Below, piece after piece: positions 9,719-20,121 of a DNA stretch of 64,000 bases. The position numbers and the translations under genes are program-made. Position 1 is the first letter of the stretch. Each line of letters begins with the position of its first letter. A model generated the notes under the pieces. It searched no databases. It saw only the letters and a list, made by a program, of their open reading frames with translations, and was not told the origin of the DNA. The stretch is from Candidatus Kuenenbacteria bacterium (GTDB lineage: Bacteria; Patescibacteriota; Patescibacteriia; UBA11705; JABHMO01), in the NCBI GenBank assembly GCA_013202715.1, contig JABMRF010000007.1, positions 8,566-72,565 of the forward strand, written 5' to 3'.

Positions 9719-10085
9719 ATGGAAAAAGTGAAGCTTGAAAGAAGGGCCACGATAGGAATTAGCGCATTGATAGACATAATGAAGCGTGGTTTCTTTGGAC
9801 AATTTGAAGCGTTTCGACCCGTTGAATGGGAAATAGAAGAAGCACCGAGTAGCGAAAACAAGTTCAAGGTTGATCTCTTGTTGCGTTGCCGTTTGGAAGA
9901 TATTGATTTCAATGAAGTTCTATCATAGCCGTCTGACTGGATCAGCAACTATTCAGGTTTGGGTGAAGACAAGTAATGGCTTGATTCACGGTGATGTTTT
10001 TATGGTTCTGAGGTCTGGTGAAACCATAAAACTCGAGGGCGTGATGGTTCCTCCCGAACCAAGACCACAACTGGCTTTTGACTAA
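9719..10085 (+). pseudogene. orphan gene, apparently frameshifted (9719-9928 continued by frame ending 10085)
   Basis: Promoter TTGACA 9635/TAATAT 9658, SD AAGGAG, ATG 9719, terminator ~10091-10122; two overlapping frames fill the unit. Confidence 0.45.
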
Positions 10086-10147
10086 ACAGCAAAGCGCTCC
10101 GATATCAATCGGGGCGCCTTTTTATTATCCTAATCTAATTTGATTAT

Positions 10148-12367
10148 TTACTTTATGTCAGCCTCGTAAACTTTATTTCCGGAAATCAGATACATTTTGT
10201 TTCCACTAATTACAAAGTCTGCAATCGGGGCTTCTAGAGATTCAAATAAATATTGCTTGGCAAAGTCGCCGTTTTTGTTAGTTAAAATAATGCGTTTACT
10301 TCCGGCTTCGGAAATGTAAATATAGGGAAGCTCTGCTGTAGTGTAAATTTTATTGGCTTCAGCAAGAGCCGGCTCGATCAGCTTCAAGTCAAATTCCTGC
10401 AACTCTCCGGTATAAAATTTATAAACCTTGCCATCACTTGTCAAGACATAAATATCACCGTCAATAGTGAGGCTGGTTGCTTTGGAAAGATCAGCGTCTT
10501 TTTTGTCTTTGATCCAGATTTGTCCGCTACCATAGTTATTACCGCTGGCGCTGTATTTTATAATCTGCTGTCCGTTTGCATCAAGAGCGTAAATGCGCCT
10601 GTTGTAGAGCTCAGCGTGAGTGATCTTCGCGTTATCCGGCCAGGAAATTGATTTGTTTGTGAAGTTCTTTTGATCTGAACTATATGCCACCAGCTTGTTT
10701 TGATTTGTGATGAATGACAGGTTGCCGTCCTCTTCCATGCTTATTGCCAGATCGCCGTGTTCTGAATTTCCGATCGCACTTGAGGTTTTGTCTTCTGGAT
10801 TAACTTCGTAAAGAGTTAAGTCTTTGCTGTGAGTGAAAAGTTTGTCGCCAATCTTTTCAAGTTTCAGAAGATTGATTGGAATATCGTCCGGCCCCACCTT
10901 TGTAATTAATAGCGGGACTATTTTTTCAATATTCAAAAGCTTGTTTTTTATCGTTACGGACTGTTTTTCTAATTCTTCGAAGTTTGCCTTTTGGTTTGCA
11001 GTGGCTTGCGGTAAGTATTTAATAATGTCCTCAGCCTTTTTGATCAGTTCCAGACTCTTGCTGTCGTTTTTGTAAATTAAATTTATTTGAGCATCATTAA
11101 TAAGATCTTTTGCTTGCTGAATCTGAACGGCATAGATGGCTTGTTCCTCTTTTACTTGCTTGCGGTGCTTGACCCAGAAAATACTTGAGACCAATATTAT
11201 CCCAACAATTAACAAAGCAATTAGAATTGTTTTATTTAGCTTGCGCAGAGAAAATAGTTTGTCTTTTGATCGCACAACGGATGTTTCTGGGTGGGTTAGT
11301 GATTCTTTGGCTCGAAATAATTTGAGCTTTTTCTTGCCGGTGATTATTTTGAAAATGACCTTCAGTGCTTTGCCGATCGAAGTGAAGATTATTTTTATGG
11401 CATTAAAAAAATATTTAAGAATACCGAATTTCAATCTAACTGATTTATTTGGCCCTGCTAGCTGGCTTTTATCCACCTTTGATTTTTTGAAGAATTTTCG
11501 AAGGTGGGCTCTGATATTTAAGGCAAATGTTGGCGTGAGGAATTTTTCAGTTGTTTCTTTGGTTGAAATCAGTCGGGCAATTGACTTTTGGGAGACTGGC
11601 TTTTCATCAATTGACCGCTTTTCCTGCATTTTGATGAAAATCGCGCTGTATGTAAGGTGAGAATTATTTTTAACATTGTTAATCAGGCTTTTGAAATATT
11701 CAATGCCGTCACCAAATTCGTTACTGGAAAGGATTTTGTTTACTTTGTGCGGAGGAATATAGTTACTGAAAATTTCTGAACATATGAAGATAGTGTCATG
11801 GTAAAATATTTTTCCGCTGACGGTAGAAGAGAATATTTTTAATTTGCTTCCTTGCTCTTCTTTTAGTTTCGGTGTGTTATCAACAACGTTAATGACTTTG
11901 AAATTGTTCTGTTTTGTTTTGTGAAGAAGATAGGCATTGATTAATCCTTGTTGAGCAAAATAAAAATCAATATCCTTGGTTTGCAAGTTTGGTTTAGCCA
12001 CGGCGATTAAAAAGTTTAGGTTTTCTAAAACTAAACTGATGTGCCCAATCTGGATCATTTCTGTTAATGCAGTGTTGGTCTTTTGAAGAGCATGTTCAAA
12101 AACGGTTTCCAAATTTAATTTTTGAGGTTCGGGCGAAGAGTTGATCTGATCATAATAATTATCCTTCAGAGTATTGATCAGAGTCTGAATAATCTTTTCA
12201 CTCTCTGCAATTGGTGTGGCTCTAATTTCTACGATACCGATCAGGTAGCCGCCATTTTTTTCCTTTCCTTCTGGATAGATTATAAAATCCTCACAAAGGT
12301 AGGTGTCTTTGGCATGTTTTGATGGGATATAGATCTCTTCTAGTGAAATGTCGTGGTTTACTTCCAT
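10148..12367 (-). CDS. large single-TM protein with N-terminal PP2C-like region, coiled coil and C-terminal beta-propeller-like region
   Basis: 739 aa; TM near residues 381-399; IYALD/DGDIYVL/IYISE repeat-like strands; fold names are inference. Confidence 0.6.
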   Translation of the reverse strand: MEVNHDISLEEIYIPSKHAKDTYLCEDFIIYPEGKEKNGGYLIGIVEIRATPIAESEKIIQTLINTLKDNYYDQINSSPEPQKLNLETVFEHALQKTNTALTEMIQIGHISLVLENLNFLIAVAKPNLQTKDIDFYFAQQGLINAYLLHKTKQNNFKVINVVDNTPKLKEEQGSKLKIFSSTVSGKIFYHDTIFICSEIFSNYIPPHKVNKILSSNEFGDGIEYFKSLINNVKNNSHLTYSAIFIKMQEKRSIDEKPVSQKSIARLISTKETTEKFLTPTFALNIRAHLRKFFKKSKVDKSQLAGPNKSVRLKFGILKYFFNAIKIIFTSIGKALKVIFKIITGKKKLKLFRAKESLTHPETSVVRSKDKLFSLRKLNKTILIALLIVGIILVSSIFWVKHRKQVKEEQAIYAVQIQQAKDLINDAQINLIYKNDSKSLELIKKAEDIIKYLPQATANQKANFEELEKQSVTIKNKLLNIEKIVPLLITKVGPDDIPINLLKLEKIGDKLFTHSKDLTLYEVNPEDKTSSAIGNSEHGDLAISMEEDGNLSFITNQNKLVAYSSDQKNFTNKSISWPDNAKITHAELYNRRIYALDANGQQIIKYSASGNNYGSGQIWIKDKKDADLSKATSLTIDGDIYVLTSDGKVYKFYTGELQEFDLKLIEPALAEANKIYTTAELPYIYISEAGSKRIILTNKNGDFAKQYLFESLEAPIADFVISGNKMYLISGNKVYEADIK

Positions 12368-12369
12368 GA

Positions 12370-12465
12370 AAATTAAGAATCAAGAATGAATAATGAAGAA
12401 TGCAGAATTAAGGCTGTGCGCTACTGTAGTCGCTTATTAATTCTATATTCTTCATTGTTAATTTG
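12370..12465. repeat. inverted 7-mer repeat hairpin (aagaat / attct)
   Basis: aagaatcaagaatgaataatgaagaatgcagaatt ... aattctatattcttcattgttaatt. Confidence 0.65.
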
Positions 12466-12557
12466 ACTAAAAGTAAGTATCTATATTATACTATACATAT
12501 AAACAATTAATCAACTCAAAACGCCACAATAGGGGGGAAACGGCAAATGCTAAAATT

Positions 12558-13190
12558 ATGTTTGAACAACTATTTGGTTCAAAAACTAGAGTGAAATTAA
12601 TGAGGGTTTTTTTGGATAATCCTGAAAAAAGATATTTTGTCAGGGAACTGACTCGTGAAACGGACTGTCTTATAAATTCAGTACGGCGTGAATTGGATAA
12701 TTTGATCAATTTGAAGCTAATTAACGTTCAAGAACGTCGAGGCAAGGATGGGGATAAAAAGGCCCAAAATGTAAAAAAGTATTATCATTTAAATCAGAAA
12801 AATCTATTTCAACAGGATTTAATCAATTTATTTGCCAAAGGAAAGATATTACTTGAAAAAAAGTTGATTGAAAAAATAAAACGTCTGGGTGACGTTATCT
12901 ATATTTCATTTGGTGGAACTTTTATTGATGACGCAAAAGCGACCACAGACTTATTGATCATTGGTGAATTGGATAAACAAAAAGCCTCAGCAAGTATGAA
13001 AAAATTTGAAAAAGAGATGGGCCGCTCTATTCGTTATACCATTTTAGAAGAAGAAGAGTATATTCTAAGAAGAGATATTGCAGACCGATTTTTGCTTGAT
13101 ATTATAGAAAATGAAAACAATATTGTGGTTGTAGATAGACTTTCCAGAAAGCTAAAATCTAATTTGAATACAGAAATTGTTCAGTTATAG
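12558..13190 (+). CDS. winged-helix protein with degenerate nucleotidyltransferase-like domain
   Basis: LFGSKTRVKL, YFVRELTR..NSVRRELDNL (HTH); TDLLIIG. Confidence 0.65.
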   Translation: MFEQLFGSKTRVKLMRVFLDNPEKRYFVRELTRETDCLINSVRRELDNLINLKLINVQERRGKDGDKKAQNVKKYYHLNQKNLFQQDLINLFAKGKILLEKKLIEKIKRLGDVIYISFGGTFIDDAKATTDLLIIGELDKQKASASMKKFEKEMGRSIRYTILEEEEYILRRDIADRFLLDIIENENNIVVVDRLSRKLKSNLNTEIVQL

Positions 13191-13232
13191 AGCTGAGGCC
13201 GCGCCTCTCCCTACGTCTGGACTTGTATAATT

Positions 13233-14660
13233 ATGTTTAACAAGAGAATAATTGTTGTCGCGATTGCCTTTGTAGCGGGGGGGATTTTTTTATTTATCCC
13301 GCCACCGGCGGGATTAGCAAATTTTTGTTTAGCTGCAGAAAATGAGCAGGTTGATTTCAAGGTATATTCAGACCAGCTCAAGCTTGAAAAAGATTTGGAC
13401 CTGATTCCGGATGATTTTCAGGGTTCAGCGCGCATGAAGCTTATTGATCTCGGCGGGGACGGACAAAAAGAAGTTGTTGTCAGCTACGGAAACTTTGAAA
13501 ACCCTATGATCAAGCTGTTTCGCCTGGACGGGAGCCTTATCAACGTTTGGAAACCATACGTAGAGGGGTTCACAGGTGAGATTTCAATTGCTGTGGCTGA
13601 TTTGGATAATGATGGAAAGGAAGAGATTATTGCCGGACCTGGGGCCGGTGGCGGACCACAAGTTAGAGTTTTTAATGGATACGGAGCACCGCTCTTTACT
13701 TTTGGGTTTTGGGCTCACGATCAAGATTATCGTAATGGAGTAGAAGTCGCAGCAGGGGATATTGACGGCGATGGGTTCAAAGAAATTATTGTGAGTGTGA
13801 TTAAAGATGATAAAGCATTGGTCAAATTTTTCAATCGTTTTGGCGAACAGTTAGGTGTGCCAATTGAAATCGAACTTGAAAATAATTTTGAGCCGGTTAA
13901 GATTTCTTCTATAGATATTGATAATGATGGTGTTGACGAAATTATTGTCGGTATGGGATCCGGCAATCAGCCCAAGGTTAAAATTTTCAAAAAAGATGGA
14001 ACTGTGCTCGAAGAGTTTTTTGCTTATGGTGAAAACTTTGAGGGCGGAGTGAATTTTTCTATTGTCAATGTAGATTCTAATAATATAATTGTAACTGGCG
14101 CTGGATTTAGCGGTGGGCCCCATGTTCGATTTTTTAATTCAAATGGAGATCCTCTGAAAAAATCAAATTTTTTCAGTTACACGGAAAGTTTTCGTGGTGG
14201 AGTAAATGTTGATTATGCAGATATTGATAATGATGGTGAATTGGAATTAGTAACTTTGCCGCAAATAATTAATAATATCAGTGGTAAGTATTTACATAAG
14301 TATATTGATATTGATATTTCCGAACAAAAGCTTCGTTATTATCAAAATGGAAAACAGGTTGATGAGTTTATAATTTCCAGCGGAAAGGTAAACATGCCTA
14401 CACCGCTTGGCGAATACAAGATTTTCCAGAAAAATCCTCGCGCTTATTCAAGTACTTATGGCTTATATATGCCGTGGTGGATGTCGTTCAAACCAAAATA
14501 CGGACTGCACGAACTTCCGGAATGGCCAAATGGATACAAGGAGGGCCAAGATCACTTGGGTATGCGTGTTTCTCACGGGTGTGTTCGACTAGGTGTTGGT
14601 CCGGCTGAATCTTTGTACAACTGGACGCCGATTGGAACTGCGGTGATTATACATGAATAA
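13233..14660 (+). CDS. L,D-transpeptidase with FG-GAP/VCBS-type repeats
   Basis: Signal peptide; repeated DLDNDGKEEII / GGGPQVRVF; C-terminal YGLH...SHGCVRL catalytic motif. Confidence 0.88.
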   Translation: MFNKRIIVVAIAFVAGGIFLFIPPPAGLANFCLAAENEQVDFKVYSDQLKLEKDLDLIPDDFQGSARMKLIDLGGDGQKEVVVSYGNFENPMIKLFRLDGSLINVWKPYVEGFTGEISIAVADLDNDGKEEIIAGPGAGGGPQVRVFNGYGAPLFTFGFWAHDQDYRNGVEVAAGDIDGDGFKEIIVSVIKDDKALVKFFNRFGEQLGVPIEIELENNFEPVKISSIDIDNDGVDEIIVGMGSGNQPKVKIFKKDGTVLEEFFAYGENFEGGVNFSIVNVDSNNIIVTGAGFSGGPHVRFFNSNGDPLKKSNFFSYTESFRGGVNVDYADIDNDGELELVTLPQIINNISGKYLHKYIDIDISEQKLRYYQNGKQVDEFIISSGKVNMPTPLGEYKIFQKNPRAYSSTYGLYMPWWMSFKPKYGLHELPEWPNGYKEGQDHLGMRVSHGCVRLGVGPAESLYNWTPIGTAVIIHE

Positions 14661-14672
14661 ATAAAATGTAAA

Positions 14673-15119
14673 ATGAAAAATGTAAAACCACAATCAAAAT
14701 TAAAAAAAGAAAAAATAGTTTTAATTTCAACTCCGCAAAATTCACATTTTTCTGTAGCAATCGGTGATGATCAGATTGAAAAGTTTAAGATTGTAAATAA
14801 GCCATACAAGCAATCAGAGTTGCTGTTGCAAACAATTGACGAGCTAGTCAAGAGTCAAAAGTCAAAAGTCAAAAGTCTGTTTGTTGTGAAGGGGCCGGGA
14901 CAGTTTTCTGCGTTAAGGATTGGAATTTCAACCGCTAACGCCCTGGCTTACGGATGGGGGATCCCGGTTGTGGGAATAGAACTGAAAAAGAGCTGGGAAA
15001 AGTTGGAACCAAAAGAAAAGCTCGAAAAAGTTTGGCAAGTTGGAGTTAAAAAATTAAAAAAGACAAAGCCTGGCGTGATTGTTTTGCCGAAGTACGGTAA
15101 AGAACCAAACATAACGTAA
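14673..15119 (+). CDS. tsaB: TsaB-like t6A protein (short)
   Basis: QSELLL, GPGQFSALRIGISTANALAY, C-terminal PKYGKEPNIT; start uncertain. Confidence 0.8.
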   Translation: MKNVKPQSKLKKEKIVLISTPQNSHFSVAIGDDQIEKFKIVNKPYKQSELLLQTIDELVKSQKSKVKSLFVVKGPGQFSALRIGISTANALAYGWGIPVVGIELKKSWEKLEPKEKLEKVWQVGVKKLKKTKPGVIVLPKYGKEPNIT

Positions 15120-15244
15120 CGTAATTATGTAAGAATCAAGGAAAAACAGGAATACAAGTAACAGGAAAAAATGCTCGATTAAGCTTGAGTATTTTTTAAT
15201 TTAAAATATAAAAGCGCTCCGATAGTTGTCGGAACGCTGTTTTT

Positions 15245-17749
15245 TTAACGAAGTCTTTTGCCTGAAGGTTCTTTCTCGGTCGGAGGAGACAATTTAGCAA
15301 TTAACTGTTCAAGTAAGTTCTTGAAAGGATCTGGTATATCTTGAGCTGGTATCATTTGCTCAGTTGCCATATCCTTGCGAGCTGAAATCCTTATTTTTGG
15401 TCTAGTAGCAACAATGTTTCCAGCCACTGCAGTTACTGTGCGTTTTTGGCTGGCATTCAAATAACCTGACTCATCTAGGTTGTGAATACCAATAACTGCT
15501 CGACTACAAATTTGTGGAATTTGCGCAAATGATGGATTGCTATCAATACTTTCTGACTTGGGTGGTTCATTTCTAGAAAGAATGTCCACGAACTGTTTAA
15601 GTAGGTATTCAGCAATACCACTAGCCATAAGTTTATTATTAGCCAGTACAGTCAAAGCTTCAATTGCTAGATCGTCTAGCCAAACCTTTTGTAAGGTGGC
15701 TTTGTTAAAAGCAAGCATGTACTTATTATAGATCGTACTATTGATTATAGGTGAACTCATAAGAGCAACAAAGGCTTGAACGATTTCATCCAGAGTTTCT
15801 CGCTCGTTAGTGGAATCTATGATTGCAATGTATTCATGCAAAAGCAAATCCAGTGCTTCAGCTAGTTCGATTTTAGCAGGCTGATCAAGTTGATCATGCT
15901 TAATAGCTGAGAATTTAGCTTTGGCAATGTTTATCCACGTTGTATTACTATATGAGTTTGTTTGGCTAACTACAAAGCCAATCAAGTTTACCAAGAATAG
16001 ATCACCGGTATTGATGAATCTGTCCAAAAATTCCGCATTTTGTTGCAAGATTGCTAGGTTTGGCTGTAGTGCTGGCCAGAATTTTTCTTTGTAAGCTCTA
16101 TTTCTTTTTTCACCCAAAATAAAGGTGGTTAGCAAAACTGCTCTTTGTGTGGCAGTACTTGACGGTTGACGTGCATTTAACAAGTAGAATTTTGCAATTT
16201 TTTTAACAATTTCACCTGGTAACTTACGTTCTTGATAGATTTTGTCCATCAAGTTGATGAAATGAACTTGTGCACCAGCTGTCCATTTTTGGAAGAAAGT
16301 CAAAGCCAGATCAAAAGCTTGATCAATTCGACTAACAAACTGGTTAACAAATTCCAGGGTTATAACTGCTTGAACTTCTGATTTGTCTTGGTTTTTACTT
16401 AGTGCATGACTGAAATAGTCAGCCCAAAGTTGCTCTTCCTGTAAAGCTTTTTGTCGTGGATCAGTTTCTAAGTGGAAAAGCACATGTTTGAAAGTGAAAA
16501 GTACTTGATCGTCATCGGTTAAATCAATATATTGGAGTAGTGGCTCAGTAATAAGTTCTGGTGCCAGTTGTTGGCCAAATTTCACCAAACAAGTTTCAAT
16601 AGTCTGTCTGTAGATTTTAGGATCTTCTACAAGAATTGTTCTGAGTTGGGCAACTAACCTAGTTTCTTGAACGAAATTTGGTAGTCTTCGACAGATCAAC
16701 TCAGCATTGGCTGTCAGGCAATTGATTACATGTAGCCTGACTTGACTTTTGGTGTCAACTTCTAGTAACTTTGCCAGAGTAATAACTGAAACGTTTAGTT
16801 CAACTTCAGTTTTATTTCTGTCCAGGTAGCCAACAATAATGTTGACTGCTTCGATTTGTAGTTTTGCTGAGCGTCCAGATTCGCACAAAAAGCTGATATT
16901 TTCCATTAATGTTGAATTACATCCATGGTCAGATAAAGCTTTTGCCACAATGCCTCGAGATCTAGTCGGACGATTGTGCAAGTTTGTGGTGATTGCGGTA
17001 ACAAAAGTTTCTTCCATTTTACCAAACATAGCTGGGCTGAGGGCATTGACAGTATTTTCAAATTCCTGAGGATCAACCATCATAGGTAAAGTAAACAGTT
17101 TTCTGCCCCACAGAGTAGCTTCTTCCAGCAAGCCTTCTTGCATTCTTTCTTGTACGGCTGGCAAAGCAAAAATGCCATCCTTGCCAGGAGCAGTCAAAGA
17201 CTGTTCTTGTTCCCTTACCGCTAGAGCCATTGTGCTTGAAGTAGCGTCAATCTCATCTTGCAAGGCAAGAATGATTTTGGGGTTGTTTAGTCCAGCGGGA
17301 ATTTCCATTTCTGGTTTGGTGTCTTCTTCTTCAATTTCAAACTCAGCGTCAATAATGTTAGAAGATTGTTCTGGCTCAGGAGTAGAGGAGACTACTCTTA
17401 ATTGCCAATAAATTTGCAAAGCTCGCAAACATTCTTCAGTTGCGGTTTTAGGCGTTAGATTTCTGTATTTTAGTTTGCGTTTAAAAAGAGAAAACAAGGC
17501 TTTGTTGATCAGGGCATCAAGATGGAATTGCGTCAGTATAGGCGAGGTTTTAAATTCTGGGAACATGAGTAAGGTTTCTATGATTTTTTTTGAGTCGTCA
17601 GGTTGATCAGTTTCCAGTAGCTCGATAATGCCTTCACTAATGTGAATGTTGTGCGCTGACAAAGCAATAATTCTTCTAGTTAGACGTTTATTTTTGATCC
17701 TTGCTTCAACTTGTTCTTGCCCAAGTGTAATAGCTGTGGAAATTTCCAT
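15245..17749 (-). CDS. large alpha-helical (HEAT/ARM-like) orphan protein
   Basis: 834 aa ORF with promoter TTGACT-17-TAAGAT, SD GGAGG, terminator at ~15211-15245; Leu-rich helical composition. Confidence 0.7.
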   Translation of the reverse strand: MEISTAITLGQEQVEARIKNKRLTRRIIALSAHNIHISEGIIELLETDQPDDSKKIIETLLMFPEFKTSPILTQFHLDALINKALFSLFKRKLKYRNLTPKTATEECLRALQIYWQLRVVSSTPEPEQSSNIIDAEFEIEEEDTKPEMEIPAGLNNPKIILALQDEIDATSSTMALAVREQEQSLTAPGKDGIFALPAVQERMQEGLLEEATLWGRKLFTLPMMVDPQEFENTVNALSPAMFGKMEETFVTAITTNLHNRPTRSRGIVAKALSDHGCNSTLMENISFLCESGRSAKLQIEAVNIIVGYLDRNKTEVELNVSVITLAKLLEVDTKSQVRLHVINCLTANAELICRRLPNFVQETRLVAQLRTILVEDPKIYRQTIETCLVKFGQQLAPELITEPLLQYIDLTDDDQVLFTFKHVLFHLETDPRQKALQEEQLWADYFSHALSKNQDKSEVQAVITLEFVNQFVSRIDQAFDLALTFFQKWTAGAQVHFINLMDKIYQERKLPGEIVKKIAKFYLLNARQPSSTATQRAVLLTTFILGEKRNRAYKEKFWPALQPNLAILQQNAEFLDRFINTGDLFLVNLIGFVVSQTNSYSNTTWINIAKAKFSAIKHDQLDQPAKIELAEALDLLLHEYIAIIDSTNERETLDEIVQAFVALMSSPIINSTIYNKYMLAFNKATLQKVWLDDLAIEALTVLANNKLMASGIAEYLLKQFVDILSRNEPPKSESIDSNPSFAQIPQICSRAVIGIHNLDESGYLNASQKRTVTAVAGNIVATRPKIRISARKDMATEQMIPAQDIPDPFKNLLEQLIAKLSPPTEKEPSGKRLR

Positions 17750-17928
17750 TTGGAGCCTCCAGTTTGTGTTTATATGTTAATGAACATTATATTTAATCTT
17801 AGAGAATTTTACCAAAAAAGTCAACAGTAGACAGTGAGGTAATCACTTAAACATATAAACAAAGAAATAAAGTACTTATAATTGTTTTTTGTTTAATTTA
17901 ATTAGAAAAGATATCCACAACTAAAGTG

Positions 17929-17990
17929 TTGATGTATGTATTGAGGTGGGGTATAATGTAGGCAGAGTGAAGAAAAGTGGGGAATTGTGG
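17929..17990 (+). promoter_or_regulatory. mraZ promoter with MraZ-type GTG(G) repeats
   Basis: TTGATG 17929-17-TATAAT 17952; GTG at 17946, 17967, 17977, 17987 (10-nt period). Confidence 0.7.
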
Positions 17991-18034
17991 AAGACCCTTT
18001 CATGTTTCTTATTTTCTTCATTTTTAAAATATAC

Positions 18035-18116
18035 TGATTACGGATCAAATACGGATGTACAGATTCGTAACTGTAATCCCAAATCCGTACATCTGTACTA
18101 ATCGGTAATCCGTAAA
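18035..18116. repeat. inverted short-period repeat hairpin (tacggat / atccgta)
   Basis: tacggatcaaatacggatgtacagat ... atccgtacatctgtactaatcggtaatccgta just before mraZ ATG. Confidence 0.75.
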
Positions 18117-18121
18117 CTATT

Positions 18122-18553
18122 ATGTTTATCGGGCAATACAATTATTCAGTAGATTCAAAAGGCAGGTTAGCTATTCCGGCCAAGTTTCGGTCTGCTTTGA
18201 AATCCGGAGCAGTTGTCACAAAAGGATTGGATAACTGTCTTTTCGTTTACACTAAAACTGAATGGAATACTTATGCCAAAAAATTAGCAGCATTACCAAC
18301 AAGCCAGGCCAATAGCCGGGCTTTTTCTAGATTGATGCTCGCTGGAGCCATGGATGTGAAATTGGATTCACAGGGAAGAATTATGTTGCCTGATTATCTA
18401 AGAGCATATTCAAGTGTAAAGAAAAAGGTTGTCATTGCCGGCTTGTTTAACCGATTGGAAATCTGGGACGAAGCGAAGTGGAATCTTTACAAGAATAGAA
18501 CGGAAAAAGATGGGAATGAAATTGCCGAGCAGTTAGGTGAGCTCGGAGTATGA
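18122..18553 (+). CDS. mraZ: division/cell wall transcriptional repressor MraZ
   Basis: MFIGQY..VDSKGRLAIP, LDSQGRIMLP, RLEIWD. Confidence 0.97.
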   Translation: MFIGQYNYSVDSKGRLAIPAKFRSALKSGAVVTKGLDNCLFVYTKTEWNTYAKKLAALPTSQANSRAFSRLMLAGAMDVKLDSQGRIMLPDYLRAYSSVKKKVVIAGLFNRLEIWDEAKWNLYKNRTEKDGNEIAEQLGELGV

Positions 18554-18650
18554 CGCGAATAATGCGAATATATACGCGAATGACACGAATCGCGAATATC
18601 GCAAATAGGACCTCTATGAATATTATTCGCGATTCGCGACATTAGCGTTA
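18553..18650. repeat. inverted short-period repeat hairpin (gcgaat / attcgc)
   Basis: acgcgaataatgcgaatatatacgcgaatgacacgaatcgcgaat ... attcgcgattcgcgacattagcgt. Confidence 0.75.
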
Positions 18651-18728
18651 TATATAAATAAAATAAAAACAAAAGTATGTTTAAACAATTGTTAAAAGTT
18701 CTTGAATTAATATTTATTTGGTAAAAAT

Positions 18729-19661
18729 GTGCTAACTATCCACAAGCCGGTTCTAATTAATGAAGTGATTGAGTTTTTGTCTCCCAAGAAAAACCAGAAT
18801 TTTGTTGACTGCACCATCGGTGGCGGGGGACACGCAGAAAAAATATTAGAACTTACCGGGCCAAATGGAAGGCTTCTCGGGATGGATTGGGATCCGGGAG
18901 CAATCAAACTTTCTCGGCATCGGTTAGAAAAATTCAAAAAGCGGCTTGTCTTAGTTAACCATTCTTACATAGAATTAAAAAAAGTAGTGTATGATGAAAG
19001 ATTTTTTCACATTAACGGTATTCTTCTTGACCTTGGCTTATCTTCAGATCAGCTACAAGCTTCAGGACGTGGATTTTCTTTTCAGGTAAATGAACCGCTC
19101 GATATGCGGTATTCACCGGAAGAAAATGAATTTACCGCAGCAGACATTATAAATAAGTGGCCGGAAGAAAAAATTAAAAAAATGCTAAAAGAAAACGCAG
19201 AAGAAGGGCATGCCGGCAGAATCGCAAAGGCGATTATTGAAAGACGTAAAGAAGAGGAGATTAAAACAACATTGGAATTAGTGGCGGTAGTTATCAAAAA
19301 TGTTCCTAGAAAAAGATCCAGAATCCATCCGGCGACAAAAACTTTTCAAGCTTTGCGAATGGAAGTTAATAACGAATTAACAAATGTCCGTTTGCTATTA
19401 AAAGATGTATTGGAAATAATGGAACCTGGTTGTCGCCTGGGAATAATCACATTCCATTCTTTGGAAGACCGGATCGTAAAGCAGTTTTTTAAACATGAAA
19501 GTATTGACTGTCACTGTCCGACTGAAATTCCTGTTTGTAGATGCGAGCACAAAGCGCAGTTGAAATTAATTACGAAAAAGCCGGTGGGGCCAAGTGACGA
19601 CGAAATATCTGAGAATTTTCGTTCTCGAAGTGCAAAATTAAGGGTAGTTGAAAAGCTATAA
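18729..19661 (+). CDS. rsmH: 16S rRNA C1402 methyltransferase
   Basis: HKPVLINE, DCTIGGGGHA, DLGLSS, HPATKTFQALR, FHSLEDR, RSRSAKLR. Confidence 0.97.
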   Translation: MLTIHKPVLINEVIEFLSPKKNQNFVDCTIGGGGHAEKILELTGPNGRLLGMDWDPGAIKLSRHRLEKFKKRLVLVNHSYIELKKVVYDERFFHINGILLDLGLSSDQLQASGRGFSFQVNEPLDMRYSPEENEFTAADIINKWPEEKIKKMLKENAEEGHAGRIAKAIIERRKEEEIKTTLELVAVVIKNVPRKRSRIHPATKTFQALRMEVNNELTNVRLLLKDVLEIMEPGCRLGIITFHSLEDRIVKQFFKHESIDCHCPTEIPVCRCEHKAQLKLITKKPVGPSDDEISENFRSRSAKLRVVEKL

Positions 19662-19663
19662 GT

Positions 19664-19772
19664 TACGCGAATATGCATGTATGCGAATATCGCGAATCGC
19701 GAATAAGACGATTATTATTCGCATCATTCGCAATTTGCATCATTCGTATTAATATTCGCGACATTCGCGTCA
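19664..19772. repeat. inverted short-period repeat hairpin (gcgaat / attcgc), same family as 18553
   Basis: acgcgaat..gcgaatatcgcgaatcgcgaat ... attcgcatcattcgc..attcgcgacattcgcgt. Confidence 0.78.
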
Positions 19773-19773
19773 T

Positions 19774-20121
19774 ATGACAAGATTCACAAAATCATTGAGA
19801 CCAGAAAAAAATTCTAACCTAAAGCGAAAGGTTAGAAAGCTATCGAAGCCAATTCTTTTGGTGGTTTTGGGGATATTTTTTGTGGGAGCGATTGGTATTT
19901 ATTTATTTCAAATAAATTACATTGCGGCAACAGGATTCCAGATTCGCGATTATGAAAAACAAATTTCTGAATTAACATATGAAAACGAGAAGATTCAAAT
20001 GCAAATAATTGAAATGAAATCTATGACAGATTTGTCAGCCAAGGTTGCTGAATTAAATATGGAACCTGTTGGCCAGATTACTTATTATGATACCAGTGGT
20101 CAGGTTGTGGCGCGGAAGTAG
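19774..20121 (+). CDS. FtsL-like septal protein
   Basis: Basic N-terminus, one TM, coiled coil; directly after rsmH. Confidence 0.6.
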   Translation: MTRFTKSLRPEKNSNLKRKVRKLSKPILLVVLGIFFVGAIGIYLFQINYIAATGFQIRDYEKQISELTYENEKIQMQIIEMKSMTDLSAKVAELNMEPVGQITYYDTSGQVVARK

